A stretch of DNA of 36,074 bases from an uncultured Lachnospiraceae bacterium. GTDB lineage: Bacteria; Bacillota; Clostridia; Christensenellales; UBA1242. The stretch covers positions 1 to 36,074 of the forward strand of contig CAZTNT010000001.1 in the NCBI GenBank assembly GCA_964614965.1, written 5' to 3'. A model generated the notes under the pieces. It ran no database searches. It saw only the letters and a program-made list of their open reading frames with translations, and was not told the origin of the DNA. Of the stretch, positions 8,347 to 20,300 are shown one piece after another. The position numbers and the translations under genes are program-made. Within the stretch, counting starts at the first letter, position 1; each line of letters opens with the position of its first letter.

Positions 8347-8991
8347 ATGAAAATTGTTTATAATAAAAATATTAATAAGGAAATTTTATTGCAGAAAAAC
8401 ATTGTAGTGGAAGATAATGCTAAGATAGAAGAAGGTGTTTTGTTGGGTTGTGGAGTTTGTGTTATGGGTAACTCGATAATCAAAGCTGGCTGCGATATAG
8501 GTGATAACACAGTTATTGAAAATTCAATTTTAAATGAAGGTGTTAAAGTTTTGTCAAGTTATGTTTTGGATTCAGAAATAGGAGAAAGAACAACAATAGG
8601 TCCATTTGCAAATGTAAAAAATAAATCACATATTGGTGGTGATTGCAGAATTGGCAATTTTGTTGAAATAAAAAATTCTAAAATTGGAAACAAAACTAAA
8701 ATTGCACATCTAACTTATGTTGGCGATGCTGAAATTGGCGAAGGATGCAACTTGGGTTGTGGTGTGATTTTTTGCAATTATAATGGGAAAATAAAACAAC
8801 AAATTATTGTTGGTAATGAGGTTTTCATTGGTTCAAATGTTAATCTGATTGCTCCATTAAAAATTGATGATGGGGCATATATCGCGGCAGGAAGTACAAT
8901 CAACAAAAATGTTGAAAAGAATAATTTTGCAATAGCGCGAAGCTATCAAACAAATAAGGAAAATTTTAATAATCCACACAAAAAATTGTAA
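8347..8991 (+). CDS. Stand-alone GlmU-type left-handed beta-helix acetyltransferase (GlcN-1-P N-acetyltransferase domain only)
   Basis: 214 aa. GPFANVKNKSHIGGDCRIGNFVEIKNSKIGNKTKIAHLTYVGDAEIGEGCNLGCGVIFCNYNGKIKQQIIVGNEVFIGSNVNLIAPLKI aligns by eye with the C-terminal LbH domain of GlmU (GNFVE.K...G...K..HL.Y.GDA.IG...N.G.G.I.CNYDG..K). No N-terminal uridyltransferase domain is present. Confidence 0.8.
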   Translation: MKIVYNKNINKEILLQKNIVVEDNAKIEEGVLLGCGVCVMGNSIIKAGCDIGDNTVIENSILNEGVKVLSSYVLDSEIGERTTIGPFANVKNKSHIGGDCRIGNFVEIKNSKIGNKTKIAHLTYVGDAEIGEGCNLGCGVIFCNYNGKIKQQIIVGNEVFIGSNVNLIAPLKIDDGAYIAAGSTINKNVEKNNFAIARSYQTNKENFNNPHKKL

Positions 8992-9000
8992 ATATTGTTA

Positions 9001-9027
9001 AAAAAGCATAGATTTATATGCTTTTTT
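9001..9027. terminator. Bidirectional Rho-independent terminator
   Basis: AAAAAGCATA (9001-9010), loop gattta, TATGCTTTTT (9017-9026). It lies between convergent genes and overlaps the stop of the minus-strand gene. Confidence 0.6.
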
Positions 9028-9703
9028 ACTTTATTTTTGTTTTATTGTCTAAATATTTTTCAAATTTCCACAAGAGAAAAATATCAACAGCAACAACATT
9101 TATTAAAACAATCCAATCAAGAAGTGAGAGGGCTGACCAATTGATAAGTCCACTACCAATAAAACAGAACAATCCAATTTCGAAAGCATGATAGATTAAG
9201 CTAACCAAAAGAACATACCAATATTTCATTTTTGTCATTCCAGCAACCAAGCAAATTGCTTCATCTGGAATTCCAGGAGCAATGAATAAGATTGGCAACC
9301 AAAATTTTGATTTGTGATCAATTCTGTTTTGAGTCTCTTCCAAATTTCGTTTTCCAACCAACTTTGATGCAAATTTTTCACCAAGTTTATCTCCAATGAA
9401 AAATAAAATTGTTGTTGAAAGGAAAATAGCAACTACATTTGTTATGAAAGCAACTTTTGCTCCAAACAAGGCGATTCCAAGAATTGCTAATGCTGTGTTC
9501 AAAAATGGTACAAAGCAGAAAGCCACAAGAACAATGACCATTATGATGGTGTAAACAATAAATCCAAACTTTCCACTTTTGGAAATTAAATTTTTTAATG
9601 TTGCTATGTCTGCAATTCCACATGCTTTTAAAATAAAATATAAAGCAATGGATATCAATGCGAAAGATAATATTACAAGAAAAATTTTAAGCCATTTATT
9701 CAT
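9026..9703 (-). CDS. TVP38/TMEM64 (DedA-related, SNARE-associated domain) membrane protein
   Basis: 225 aa with 5-6 TM helices. Central segment WLPILFIAPGIPDEAICLVAGMTKMKYW resembles the conserved DedA/TVP38 re-entrant region. Confidence 0.65.
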   Translation of the reverse strand: MNKWLKIFLVILSFALISIALYFILKACGIADIATLKNLISKSGKFGFIVYTIIMVIVLVAFCFVPFLNTALAILGIALFGAKVAFITNVVAIFLSTTILFFIGDKLGEKFASKLVGKRNLEETQNRIDHKSKFWLPILFIAPGIPDEAICLVAGMTKMKYWYVLLVSLIYHAFEIGLFCFIGSGLINWSALSLLDWIVLINVVAVDIFLLWKFEKYLDNKTKIK

Positions 9704-9782
9704 ATTTCATGGTATGTTATTTTTCTAAATCTTGTTAAAATAAATTTATTTTTTTGCTAGCATTTAAAAATATTTTGTTATT

Positions 9783-9813
9783 AAATAAAAAAACAAAGCA
9801 CATTGCTTTGTTT
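9783..9813 (-). terminator. Rho-independent terminator after the kinase gene
   Basis: AAACAAAGCA (9791-9800) pairs with TGCTTTGTTT (9804-9813). On the minus strand it is followed by TTTTATTT (complement of 9783-9790). It overlaps the stop codon at 9813-9815. Confidence 0.5.
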
Positions 9814-10358
9814 TAGTTTATTTGTTTGTATTTTTTATATATTTTTGCAACAACCTCACTAGGTGTTAAATTGCTACTGTCAATCACATAATCATAATTG
9901 TTGGGATTTAAATTATTAACTTGATAAAGTTCTAAATATCTTTCATTTTCAACATTCCATCTTGTTTTTAGGTTGTTTATTGCTTCACTTAAAGTTGTGG
10001 ATTTCTCGGTGTCACGATTTGCGTTAATTAATCGTTCGCCTGCCGTTTTATCATCAACGTCGATGAAAACCTTGAAAGAATTGGGGATGAAGTTCCACGC
10101 AAGTCGAGAATCAATCACAATGTTTTCATTTGCGCGAGTTTGGCCGATTTCATAAATTTTGTCATCAATTAGTTTGTCAATCTGTTTAATTCGCGGATCT
10201 TGCTCTTGAAAAGCCAAAATGTTGTCATATCCAAATTGTTTTGCGTAAGCTCTAAACATATCTCCAGTGCAAATATATTCAAAACCATATTTTTTGCAAA
10301 ACTCTTTCGCTACTGTACCTTTTCCACTGCAAGGTTTTCCTGTTATTGTGATTATCAT
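9813..10358 (-). CDS. Cytidylate kinase-like P-loop NMP kinase (type-2/archaeal-like cmk family)
   Basis: MIITITGKPCSGKGTVAKEF (Walker A) with the ATG at 10358 preceded by AAGGAG (complement of 10367-10372), which overlaps the TAA stop of the upstream gene. The 22-codon N-terminal extension in the track has no SD. Confidence 0.65.
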   Translation of the reverse strand: MIITITGKPCSGKGTVAKEFCKKYGFEYICTGDMFRAYAKQFGYDNILAFQEQDPRIKQIDKLIDDKIYEIGQTRANENIVIDSRLAWNFIPNSFKVFIDVDDKTAGERLINANRDTEKSTTLSEAINNLKTRWNVENERYLELYQVNNLNPNNYDYVIDSSNLTPSEVVAKIYKKYKQIN

Positions 10359-10371
10359 GTTAGTTGCTCCT

Positions 10372-10581
10372 TTATAAAATAACTTCATAATCTGATTCTG
10401 GTTGTTTGTTTTGCCAATAATCAATTTCTTTTTCCAGCCGTTCTATTTGGTCTTGTTTAGATTTCAGTTTGTTGTTTGTTTTGATTATATTACAAAGTTG
10501 AAAAACAATCACAGTAAGTAAAGTGACAACAATTAACAATGCTAATATAATTAAAAATTTAACTTTTCTTGGAGAGTTCAT
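10372..10581 (-). CDS. Small bitopic coiled-coil protein, DivIC/FtsL/FtsB-like septum formation initiator
   Basis: 69 aa with one TM (FLIILALLIVVTLLTVIVF) followed by a short coiled coil (KLKSKQDQIERLEKEIDYWQNK). Its position directly after the yabP/yabQ-like genes mirrors Bacillus yabP-yabQ-divIC. Confidence 0.5.
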   Translation of the reverse strand: MNSPRKVKFLIILALLIVVTLLTVIVFQLCNIIKTNNKLKSKQDQIERLEKEIDYWQNKQPESDYEVIL

Positions 10582-10951
10582 TTAATCCCTTTTTGTGTTG
10601 TTTTATAAATCTCTTTTTTAAGAATTCATGTTTCTGTTTACAAACATTATACCACTTTCTTTCCAAAATAACAAGTGTTTTTTTAAAAAGAGTTTTTGCC
10701 CAAAGATAAGCGAGCAAAAAGAATATGAGAAGAGTTAAACTGAATTTTCCAAAATTGAAAAAATTTATCAAAAACACAAAAAATATACTTAAAAATGCGT
10801 AAAAAATACTTAAAAATAAAGATTTAATATATTTTTTTTGAAAATTTATTGCAAATAAAACTGAAAAAACATTTGAGATAAATCCCAAAATTATTCCGCC
10901 TAAAACGAAAATAAGTAAACAATTTAATTGATTTTGAGTTGAAAAAATCAT
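10559..10951 (-). CDS. Small polytopic membrane protein in the YabQ position (spore cortex protein YabQ-like)
   Basis: 130 aa with 3-4 TM helices. ATGA overlap with the yabP-like gene upstream and a 23-nt overlap with the divIC-like gene downstream. Assigned mainly by position. Confidence 0.45.
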   Translation of the reverse strand: MIFSTQNQLNCLLIFVLGGIILGFISNVFSVLFAINFQKKYIKSLFLSIFYAFLSIFFVFLINFFNFGKFSLTLLIFFLLAYLWAKTLFKKTLVILERKWYNVCKQKHEFLKKRFIKQHKKGLNELSKKS

Positions 10952-11229
10952 TTAAAAATTTTCCTAAAAAGAGGTTGTTTTTCTTTTGACTCAACAAATT
11001 TTAATGAATCAATGTTCCCAGAAATTTCAGCACGAGTTGATGAATTATCCAGTTTTACCAACTCCAGTTCGCTTCCATTAATAACAAGACAACCGTAGAC
11101 TGTGTCTAGTTGAACGAGGTCTGGTTTTAAACTTAGGATTTTCTTTGTTCCAGAAATTGATAGATTCTTTTTGTTGCTTAAAACAATAAGTTGCTCTTTG
11201 TCAGTTTTATTTTCTTTAATAATTTCCAT
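10948..11229 (-). CDS. yabP: Sporulation protein YabP
   Basis: 93 aa. LSISGTKKILSLKPDLVQLDTVYGCLVINGSELELVKLDNSSTRAEISGNIDSLKF...PLFRKIFK aligns by eye with B. subtilis YabP (L.ITGV..V.SFD.E...LET..G.L.I.G..L....L......V.I.G.I..L.Y....GFFSKLFK, from memory). AAGGAAG SD. Confidence 0.75.
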   Translation of the reverse strand: MEIIKENKTDKEQLIVLSNKKNLSISGTKKILSLKPDLVQLDTVYGCLVINGSELELVKLDNSSTRAEISGNIDSLKFVESKEKQPLFRKIFK

Positions 11230-11303
11230 TTTAAATACTTCCTTTTATTAATTTATAATTTAAAAAAATTAAATATGAATATTTACTAAAATTATTTTTT
11301 TGT

Positions 11304-11333
11304 TTGACAAATTGATTGGGCTTTTTATATAAT
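11304..11333 (+). promoter_or_regulatory. Sigma-A-type promoter of the giant gene
   Basis: TTGACA (11304-11309), 18-nt spacer, TATAAT (11328-11333). A leader of about 58 nt follows, with a GGGGA SD at 11389-11393. Confidence 0.5.
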
Positions 11334-11398
11334 AAATTTAATAATTAATTTTAAAATATTTTAATGCGTTTAGGACAAATTATTATTAGGGGAAAAAG

Positions 11399-14300
11399 AT
11401 GAAGAAGTTTTATAGTTTTGCATTGATTATATTGTCGCTGTTCTCGTGCGTTGTTTTTTCTGCATGCGGAAATAAATATAAAAATCTGAAAATGAATATT
11501 TTCTCAAATGAAGGTGAAATGTTAACGGTGGCCGAGTTTGTGATTGATTCTTCAAAAGGTTCTACCAAAACGTTTTGTGTTGAATTTTTAGGAATAGATA
11601 AAGATGATATAGGTGAAATTGTTGTTTCATCTCTTCCTCAAGAGTTAATAACTGTTACAAATTATTCTTATTCTGGAAACCGTTGTTATGTTGATATTAC
11701 TCCAAACATGTCGAGTGGTAGTGATGCAAAATTGGTTGTTTCACATTTAAATTCTGGGAAAAAGAAATCAATTAATTTGTCAATTGATAAAAAAGCTGAA
11801 AACTTAAATTTAGTTTCAAATTCGTATGCTATTGCACTTCCTCAAACTGAAACAGTAAATCATGTCGTTGATTTTTCACAAATTGTGAATTTGTCGCCAA
11901 GTGGAAGTACTGACAAAATTTATTTCAAACTTGCTGATGGGAGCACTTTAGAAAATCATATTAAACCAATCAACTTGACTGATGTTGAAGGATATGAAGA
12001 TGTGTTGACTGGTTTTGAAGTTTCTGTTGGTAAGGATTTTGAGGTTGACATATATCCTGTAACCTATATGAAGGGGTACATCAGAGGAGAAACAGATCCT
12101 TACATCAATAAGAAAATCAAAATTTACTTTAAAAATGCTTTATCAAACGATAACGTTAAAATAAAAGATGATATTTCAAGTTTAAACTTAATTGCAAATG
12201 ATGAATCATTAAATTTGTTTAAAGTAACCTTGTTGAATCAAAATGACGAATTGTTGATGCAAACAGATTGTGTTAATTTCTACAATCTTAACCATGAAAC
12301 ATCTGAGCAACTTAAAGTTTCAACATTTATAGATTCAAACAAAGATGTAATTATTAAAGCAAACACTCACACAGACGACTATGTGGATGTTAAAATTATT
12401 CTAAGTCCTAAAATGCCAGGGAATTTGCCAACTGTTGAAAAAATAATTAAAGTTAAAGGTGAATCAAAGGCTGACACAATTTATGTGGAAAAATTCCAAC
12501 AAGAGGTTGAAGATTTTAATAATGTAAATATTTTTGATTACTATGATGATGGTGGAAATTCATTGGGAGCACTATTTACATTTAAACCTTCAACAAACAA
12601 TGGCTCTGAAGTTCACGAAGAGTTGAAATCAATGCAGATTGTAATTGATCCAGCGATTTTATATATAGAGAATTGCACGCCAGTTCCATCTGGTGTTTCT
12701 GTTGACAGTACACTTTTCTCGTTAACTTTCAACCATATTAGTTTAATCCCAAATGATCCATTTAAAGAAGCAGATTTGTTAAAATTTACTTATAAAGATG
12801 GGAAAATGGTGTCGGAGGAAATTGGTGTTAACAGTCGTGTTTACATAAAATATATAAAACATGCTTCTGGTGATGGAAGATATGAACCATCAAGTTTTGG
12901 AATTGATGTTGTAACATTGAATAAGTCTGAAAATGAATTTTGGAAAAATTTGGAACAAACAAAAATTTCTTTAAATTTCAACAGAATGGAAGGCGTTGCG
13001 AAAGCAACTTTGCAGGCAGGTGAATATTATTATCAAAACAACTTCATGTATCCAAAAGTGGGTGCTGTTTCTGCTCCTGAATATATATATCTTGACAGAC
13101 TTAAGGGTTTGAACAACACAACAGCAAACAGAACGTTTGTTAGCATAATAAACGAGTCAGTTGAAAGTCGTGATGGTGGAAAAATTGCAACAACCGACTT
13201 CACTGTTACAGTTGAACCTCTTCAAGAAGTTGAGAATCCGTTAAAAATTGCTTTTGGAAGTATTAATAAAGACGACCTTGGAAACATTGGTAACAACGAA
13301 AAAGGTGTTGATAAAATAGTTTATAAGTATGATAGCAAGCTCGAAACAGATATTGTGAGTTTGGTGTTCAGAAACAACACAAGTTTGGGAGATTATAAAA
13401 TAACTTTTTATCAAGAAAACATTGAAAAAGTTAGTTTGATATGTAGAGTATATGAAAATTTAAATGGAATTAATGAAAGTTATATTGAAATTGAAACAAA
13501 CGCAAAAGCATTTAAAAATGTTAATTACATTGAACAATATCAGTCACAATATATCGTTGCAAGTGGTCAAAGTTTGAATCTTTCAATCAATTTGCCACAA
13601 GCTGTTTTAAATTCAAACATTGTTGTTGGCTATGATTTAACTCAATATGAAATTAAAGACTCTTTGATTGAAACTATAGACGAAGACCCTGTTGAGCCAG
13701 GAATTGATGAAGAACCAATCAATGTGAAAGATTATTTTGATGTTAAACATGACCATGATATGTTAAGCACAGCAGTTTTAGATTTCAAAAAAGGAACTTA
13801 CATTAAAGATAAACCGCAATACGTTTGTTTAACTATTGTTGTGGGAACTAAAATTTATTCAGATATAACTCAAGAATCTTCAGAGATAGATTACAGCAAC
13901 ATAATAACTTTAACATTCTTTATTTATGAAGAGATTGAAAATAAGGATGCTTCAATTAATCACACAAGCATGACAAGATATATGACAGACTGTGTTGGTG
14001 TTTATTATGAAGATTTAACTAAAGCCGACTTGAAAATCACAATGGCAGATGAATTGTGGAATTATGTTACTTTAATTGATTCGAAGCAAATTAAATGGAG
14101 CCAAAATTGGAGTGAGGCACCTATTGGAAAGGTAGAAAATAATGATGAACATTCATGCGCGATAACCTTTAATTATTCTGGAGTTGATTCAAAATACGAA
14201 GTTGAAATTAGTGCATTTATTCAACAATTTGATAATTTGTTTGAGTATAAATGTGTGTTCTTGGTGGAAAAACCAATTTTAACTCAAAAACTTTTGATCA

Positions 14301-17300
14301 AAAGTGATGTATATGAATCAGATGGTGAATTATACATTGATTTGAAAAAAGGTGACACTTATCAAGTTGAAGCAACAAATTATTCAAAATTGGGTGATGT
14401 CACTTTTGATGATATCATAATTCAAGTTGCAGCCGAAGATGGACAAGCTTTAAAGGCTTATGATTATTTCGAAATTGACCGAACAAACTCAAAAATAAAA
14501 GTAAAAGATGTGAATAGTGCTTATAATTTCACTTTGATTGTGTTTACAAAAGATGTTTTAAGTGAAAGAATTGAATCAACCATGTCTGGGTATGAAAATC
14601 CTTCCAGTTTCATTAAAAAGTTCGATTACGACAATAATAATTATTCAAATGCTTTTGTTAAAATTGCAATAAATTTATTTGATGGAAGTGTTTCTAGACC
14701 TATTCCAATTCATACATATGAGGATTTTTTGAATATTAATAAAGCTACTGAATTGCATTATGTTTTAAAGAACAACATTAATTTAAGCAATGGTTTTACA
14801 CCAATTGAAAATTTCACAGGATCACTTAAATCTTTTGGAAATGAAACATTCACAATTGATGGAATAACCCTTGATGGAACCAATGTTAACTTATTTAAAG
14901 ATTTCAAAGGGGAAATTGATAATATTAAATTTGGTGTTCAATATGCTTATGACATGAAGTCTAGTGCAAATGAAGTTTACTTAGGTTTATTTAACAAAAA
15001 TGCTGGAACACTTGAAAATGTTAAAGTTCAAATGTCTGGTTCTGCACAGTTGAAAGGCTCTGCAACCTATATCTTTGGAGGATTAGTTGGAGATAACCAT
15101 AATATAATTACATATTCAAGTGGATATGGAGTGGCAGGTAAGATAAGCATAACTGGAGAACAATCTACAACAGTATATTTTGGAGGATTGGTTGGTAGAA
15201 ACATTAATTTAATTAAAGGTTATGAAACTTCAAACAATCAAGGTGGAACAAATTCAATTACTATCGGTACAAACGGTGGGGTATCTCATGCAATTTCAAT
15301 GATTGAAGCAACAGAAACCACTCTTTATGGCGAAAGTTCAATTGGTGGAGTTGTTGGCTTAAACACATATGATGGTTCTAGCGTTGGAACCATAAAAAAC
15401 ATGTTTGTTAAAGCAAACATTGATGCCAATGCTTCAAATGTTGGTGGTGTGATTGGAACAAACAAGCAACAAGGAACTGTGAGTGTGGAAATTTCAAGCA
15501 ATATTCCAGTTAATTTTGATTCTGTTTTAACATCTCAAAACACTAAGGCAATCTACAATGTAAAATCTGCTTCAACAATCAATGCAAACAACAATGTTGG
15601 TGGAATTGTTGGAAATGATGAAAATGGTGTTTATGTTGAATGTGATTATCAAATTTTAAATACCACAAAGAATTCTATATGTGCGAATTCAAATGTCGGC
15701 GGAATTGCTGGATTCTCAAAATATGGTAAATTTGCTTATTGTTCAGTGATGAACTATAATTTGGATTATGAAGAATTAAATGTTGAAGACAAAACAGATT
15801 TAGTTATATCCATTAATTCTAATGCGGATATTTCGGGTGCTGACTATGTTGGTGGAATTGTTGGAAAAGCAGAAAGTTCAACTGACCCGATGTCATCTAC
15901 TGAAAAAAGATATGATAGAGTTATTGTGCTTTATTCAAGTGTTAATGCATACCTTAAAGCAACAAAAACTGATAACAACATTGGTGGAATTTTAACACAA
16001 GATGGAACAAAAACAGCAGACGATGGTCCGAACTTGCTTTTATATGGTGTTTACTTTATTGGTAAACTTGATGGAAATGTTGTTTATTATAATAAAACAA
16101 CAACAAATAACGGTGTACCAACAACTCATTACTTTGCTTTAGATAATGGATATGCATTGTTTGATCAATCATATTCAATTAACATTGAAGAAAATGTTAT
16201 TCGTTGTGGTTCAATGTCTGGAAATCAATTAATGACTAATTGGTTTGAGAATTTAAGCGATGATGATTATTCTCAACTTGCACTCTATTGGGGATGGTTA
16301 AAAAATGTTAATGGAGGTCACATTTTTATAACCACAACTCAAGAGGCAAACTCAGATTCACTTCCAATTTTTGATTTAGCTCCAGAAAGCATCACAGCAA
16401 CTGTTGTGAAACCAAAAGCAACAGGACTTGAAAAGGTTTTAATGCTGGATTATTATGATTTCTCATTGAACAGCATTTCAAATGAAGATTTGGAAAAATT
16501 AAATGAAAGTTATAATCGTAATCAATATATAATCGATCATATTGCTGGCAATGGAAATAGAACAGCTGGGTTGCTCAACATAACTGCAAAACCTGAAAAA
16601 ATTGGAAATGTTGTTGTGAGTGTTAGATCAACAGACCCATCTGTAATTGATATTAATTTTGATGGAAGAATAATTATCAACGGCGTTGGTGAATGTGAAT
16701 TAATTTTCAGTTCAATTTTGAATACAGAAGCAGAAGCAAGAATCAAGGTTGTTGTTGATTATCCGATTGGAGATCAATTCAATATAACAAAATATCCTAA
16801 TGATGAAGGAAGAATTGTTTCAGGAACAGAGAAAATTGCCCAAGGCACAACAAAACAATACTATGTTTTAACAAGTGGTTCTAAAACAATAAACCAAAAA
16901 TCAAATGAAAAAACTTATTCTTATATAACAAAAACAAATGTTTGGTTAGATATTGCAATTGAATGTAATGACGTTATAATTGAGGATTATGTTCAAATTA
17001 GTGGAAAAACAGCAACTTCAGTTGATTCAAAATTATCCATTAAATTGGATGACAAAACTCCATTCACAATTTCAGTTTTGAAAATGTTGGAAGATGATCA
17101 ATTTACGTTTACAATCAAACCATTTGTTGTGGTTGATGATATAGAAGTTTATCTTGAAACAGTAGACAATCAGGAAGCTAGCACAACTTTCAACTTGTCA
17201 ACTTTAAAGGGTGTTACAGGGGTATCGTTTAGTTATGATGATGCGATTGTTTATCCAAACGACACTGTTTACTTAACTATGCAACTTCAAACTGATGATC

Positions 17301-20300
17301 CACTTTGTCCTGACACAACAACTTCTTCTGCTAATGGAGATGTGCAAATTAGAATTGACGTCTTGAAAAACGTGATAAGTAACTTGTTAAATTTAGACCC
17401 TGACACTCAAAATTTATATAATTTGTCTTTAATGCTCAACAATAATCCAAATGTGAAATGTGCTATAAATGTTGACCGTTCGAGTTATAACAAAAACACT
17501 CAAATTCAAACAATAGTTTTGAGAATTGAATTTGAAGATATGAATCTTGAAGAACCTGAAAATATGAAAATTACATTGTCAACATTAGAAGATGATGCTT
17601 ATGCTCAAGTTAATTTCAAAATAATTCCTCAAAGAATTAATAAAATTGAAGTTAAAAACTATTATTATCGCTTAGATGATAACCAAGAAAAAGTTTTAGA
17701 ATTATATGATGTATTAAAACCGAATGATTTCGGTTTGATGATCATTGACCTTGTTCCAAACAATGCATATTATGATTATCTTGAAATTAGCGATATAACC
17801 GGAAATGAAGAAATTGTTTTCATTCAAATTGATGGTGATGGAAAAGCTTATAACCTTCAAGATGTTTCAAGTGATGGAAAAGGAATTAAATTATATAACT
17901 ACAATTCATCAAGACTTTATGTTAGAACTCAAATAAGCAACACATATTCTTCAAAACTTCACACAATTGAAATTCGTGCTTATGCTTCAGACAGAACACA
18001 GTTGGGGGATTCTTACAGGAAACAAATTGATGTTAGAATGCTTCCTCAAATTGACATTAAATATCTTAAACCGGATGGTAGTGTTGGTGCAAGCCTAAAT
18101 TCAACAGATAATGAAACCAGCAAAGATGGATTATACCTTGCAACTGGTGTGGATGCAATTTTCACAATCACAACTCAAAATGCGGATGAAATTATTGTCA
18201 GCAAAGATGGCTCAAGTGCTGGTGATTATGAAATTGAAAAGATTACAGAAACACAGTATAGATTAAAAGCAACAAATAAAGTTGACATTGGAAACAAAAT
18301 AACACTTAAAGTGAAAGCAATTTCTGAAATCAATGCTAACGACACTGATGAAACTGAATGTTCAATCACTTTCACAATTGTTGATTTTGTGATTCATGGT
18401 GTGAGCGTTAACAGTAGCATTAACAACTTAACAACAAAAGAAATCTATGGATATTACAATAGAGACGTTAAATTAAATTTCTATTTTAGCAAAACAGACG
18501 TAAGTTACTACGATTCCTCATCAACAGGTGAGAAGTTCTGGGACACTGAATACAATTATGGTGATGCATATGATGAAACAGATGATAATTTAGTTAAAAT
18601 CTATTCAATTTTGCAAGCTTTGAATGGATATGATTCGGCTGGCAACCTTCAAGAAACAAACGACTACTTAATATTAAATAAAAATAAGAAAGAAACAAGT
18701 GGACAGTATGATGAAGACGAAATACTTAATCAAGGACAAGTTAGTGGGCAAAAAGTTCAACTTTATCAAAACGTGTTAACCGTTCAAGAAGGATATGATA
18801 AAGAAACAGTTGAAAAAGATGGTAAAGAAGTAGAAGTTGATTCTCCTAAATATTTAGCAGTTGCGTTTAAATTAAATTATGATAAAGAAGCACCTACACC
18901 GTCTTGGGAATTGGCAACATTAAATTCTAGCATTGATAGAGGTGTTGTTGACTACAGCTATATTGTTGATGTTAACTTTAAACTTAATTTTATGAATGTA
19001 ACGCAATGGGATAATCCTGAGGTTGTCAACAATGTTGAAGATTTCTATAACATGGAATCAGGAAAGCAATATATTTTGAACACCGATTTAACGCTTGAAA
19101 ATCACACTCCAATTGATGCGGATTTAGTTTACTTTGATGGAAATGGTCACACAATCACAATTCATAGTTTCTCAACGTTTGAAGGAACTCAAATGAATGC
19201 GGGATTGTTTGCACAAGTTTACCCTAACATGATTGTTAAAAATGTTAATGTGAAATATGTTAGCATGAATGTGAATGGTAACTACACCTTCGGTCTTGTT
19301 AAAGGTAAATCAAATGGTTCATATGAAGTTGAATATGCTGATTTATCTCAAGGTTCAGCAGCTTTAACAAATGCAAACTTTGGTGGTGTTTGTGCAGTTA
19401 ACAAGGGTATTATAACTAATTGTTATGTCTCAGGATTGATTGCTGTTACAGCTTCTGCTCTTGGAACAAGTGAAGCAATGAATCTCGGTGGTTTGGTGGC
19501 GGAAAATTCATCAACAGGTTACATAACAAACTCTCACAGCGAATTGAATATGTTTGCATTGGCAAATATTGGTGGATTTGTTAATTCAAATAATGGAAAA
19601 ATTGCTTCGTGTGGAGTGGAAGAAAACGCAACAATTTATGGTTATCAACCGAACTTGGAAAACACAATCACAGCTCAATTTGCAGGATTTGTTGTTCAAA
19701 ATGCTGGCGAAATTTCAATGAGTTATGTAAACTTAAATGCATCAAGAATTGAAATTGGTTATGCAAAAAAGAACATGGTAAACAATGAAATTGAGAACGA
19801 TTATTTACGCTTAGAAATAAATGGTGGTAAGATGTCTGTGAAAGACAGCTCTGCAGGATTTGTTTATTCAAATTCAGGAAATATCTATGATGCGTATGTT
19901 CAAATGACGGAAATTGGTGTTAACAATAACTATTTTGCAGGATTTGTTTATTCAAATTCAGGAAATATCAACAGGGCATATACTTATCTCAATGAAGGTA
20001 AAATTGACATTTCTAACACATTTATGTTTGCACCTTCAAAAACATCTGGAATTGAAAATAGTGTTGAATTTATGTCTTCAACATCTTCAAGTTATAATAA
20101 TGGAATTGATGGATTGGAAACAAAACCAATAGCAATTAGGTATTCACGATCTTTCTTTGAGACTTTAGGTTTTGCTTTTGGTGATAATGAGAGTGCTGTT
20201 TGGCAAACTTCGGCAGGTAATGCGCCAAAACTTGTTTCAGCAAAACGCCTGGAGTTTAAAGCGCTTACAATTAATTATGTTCCAGACAATGATGTTTCAG

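Noticed and set aside
8347-8991. GlmU fragment as a pseudogene remnant
   Set aside because: The ORF is intact from an ATG to a stop followed by a good terminator, the hexapeptide repeats are undisturbed, and there is no degraded N-terminal domain sequence upstream. It is treated as a functional stand-alone domain pending genome-wide checks.
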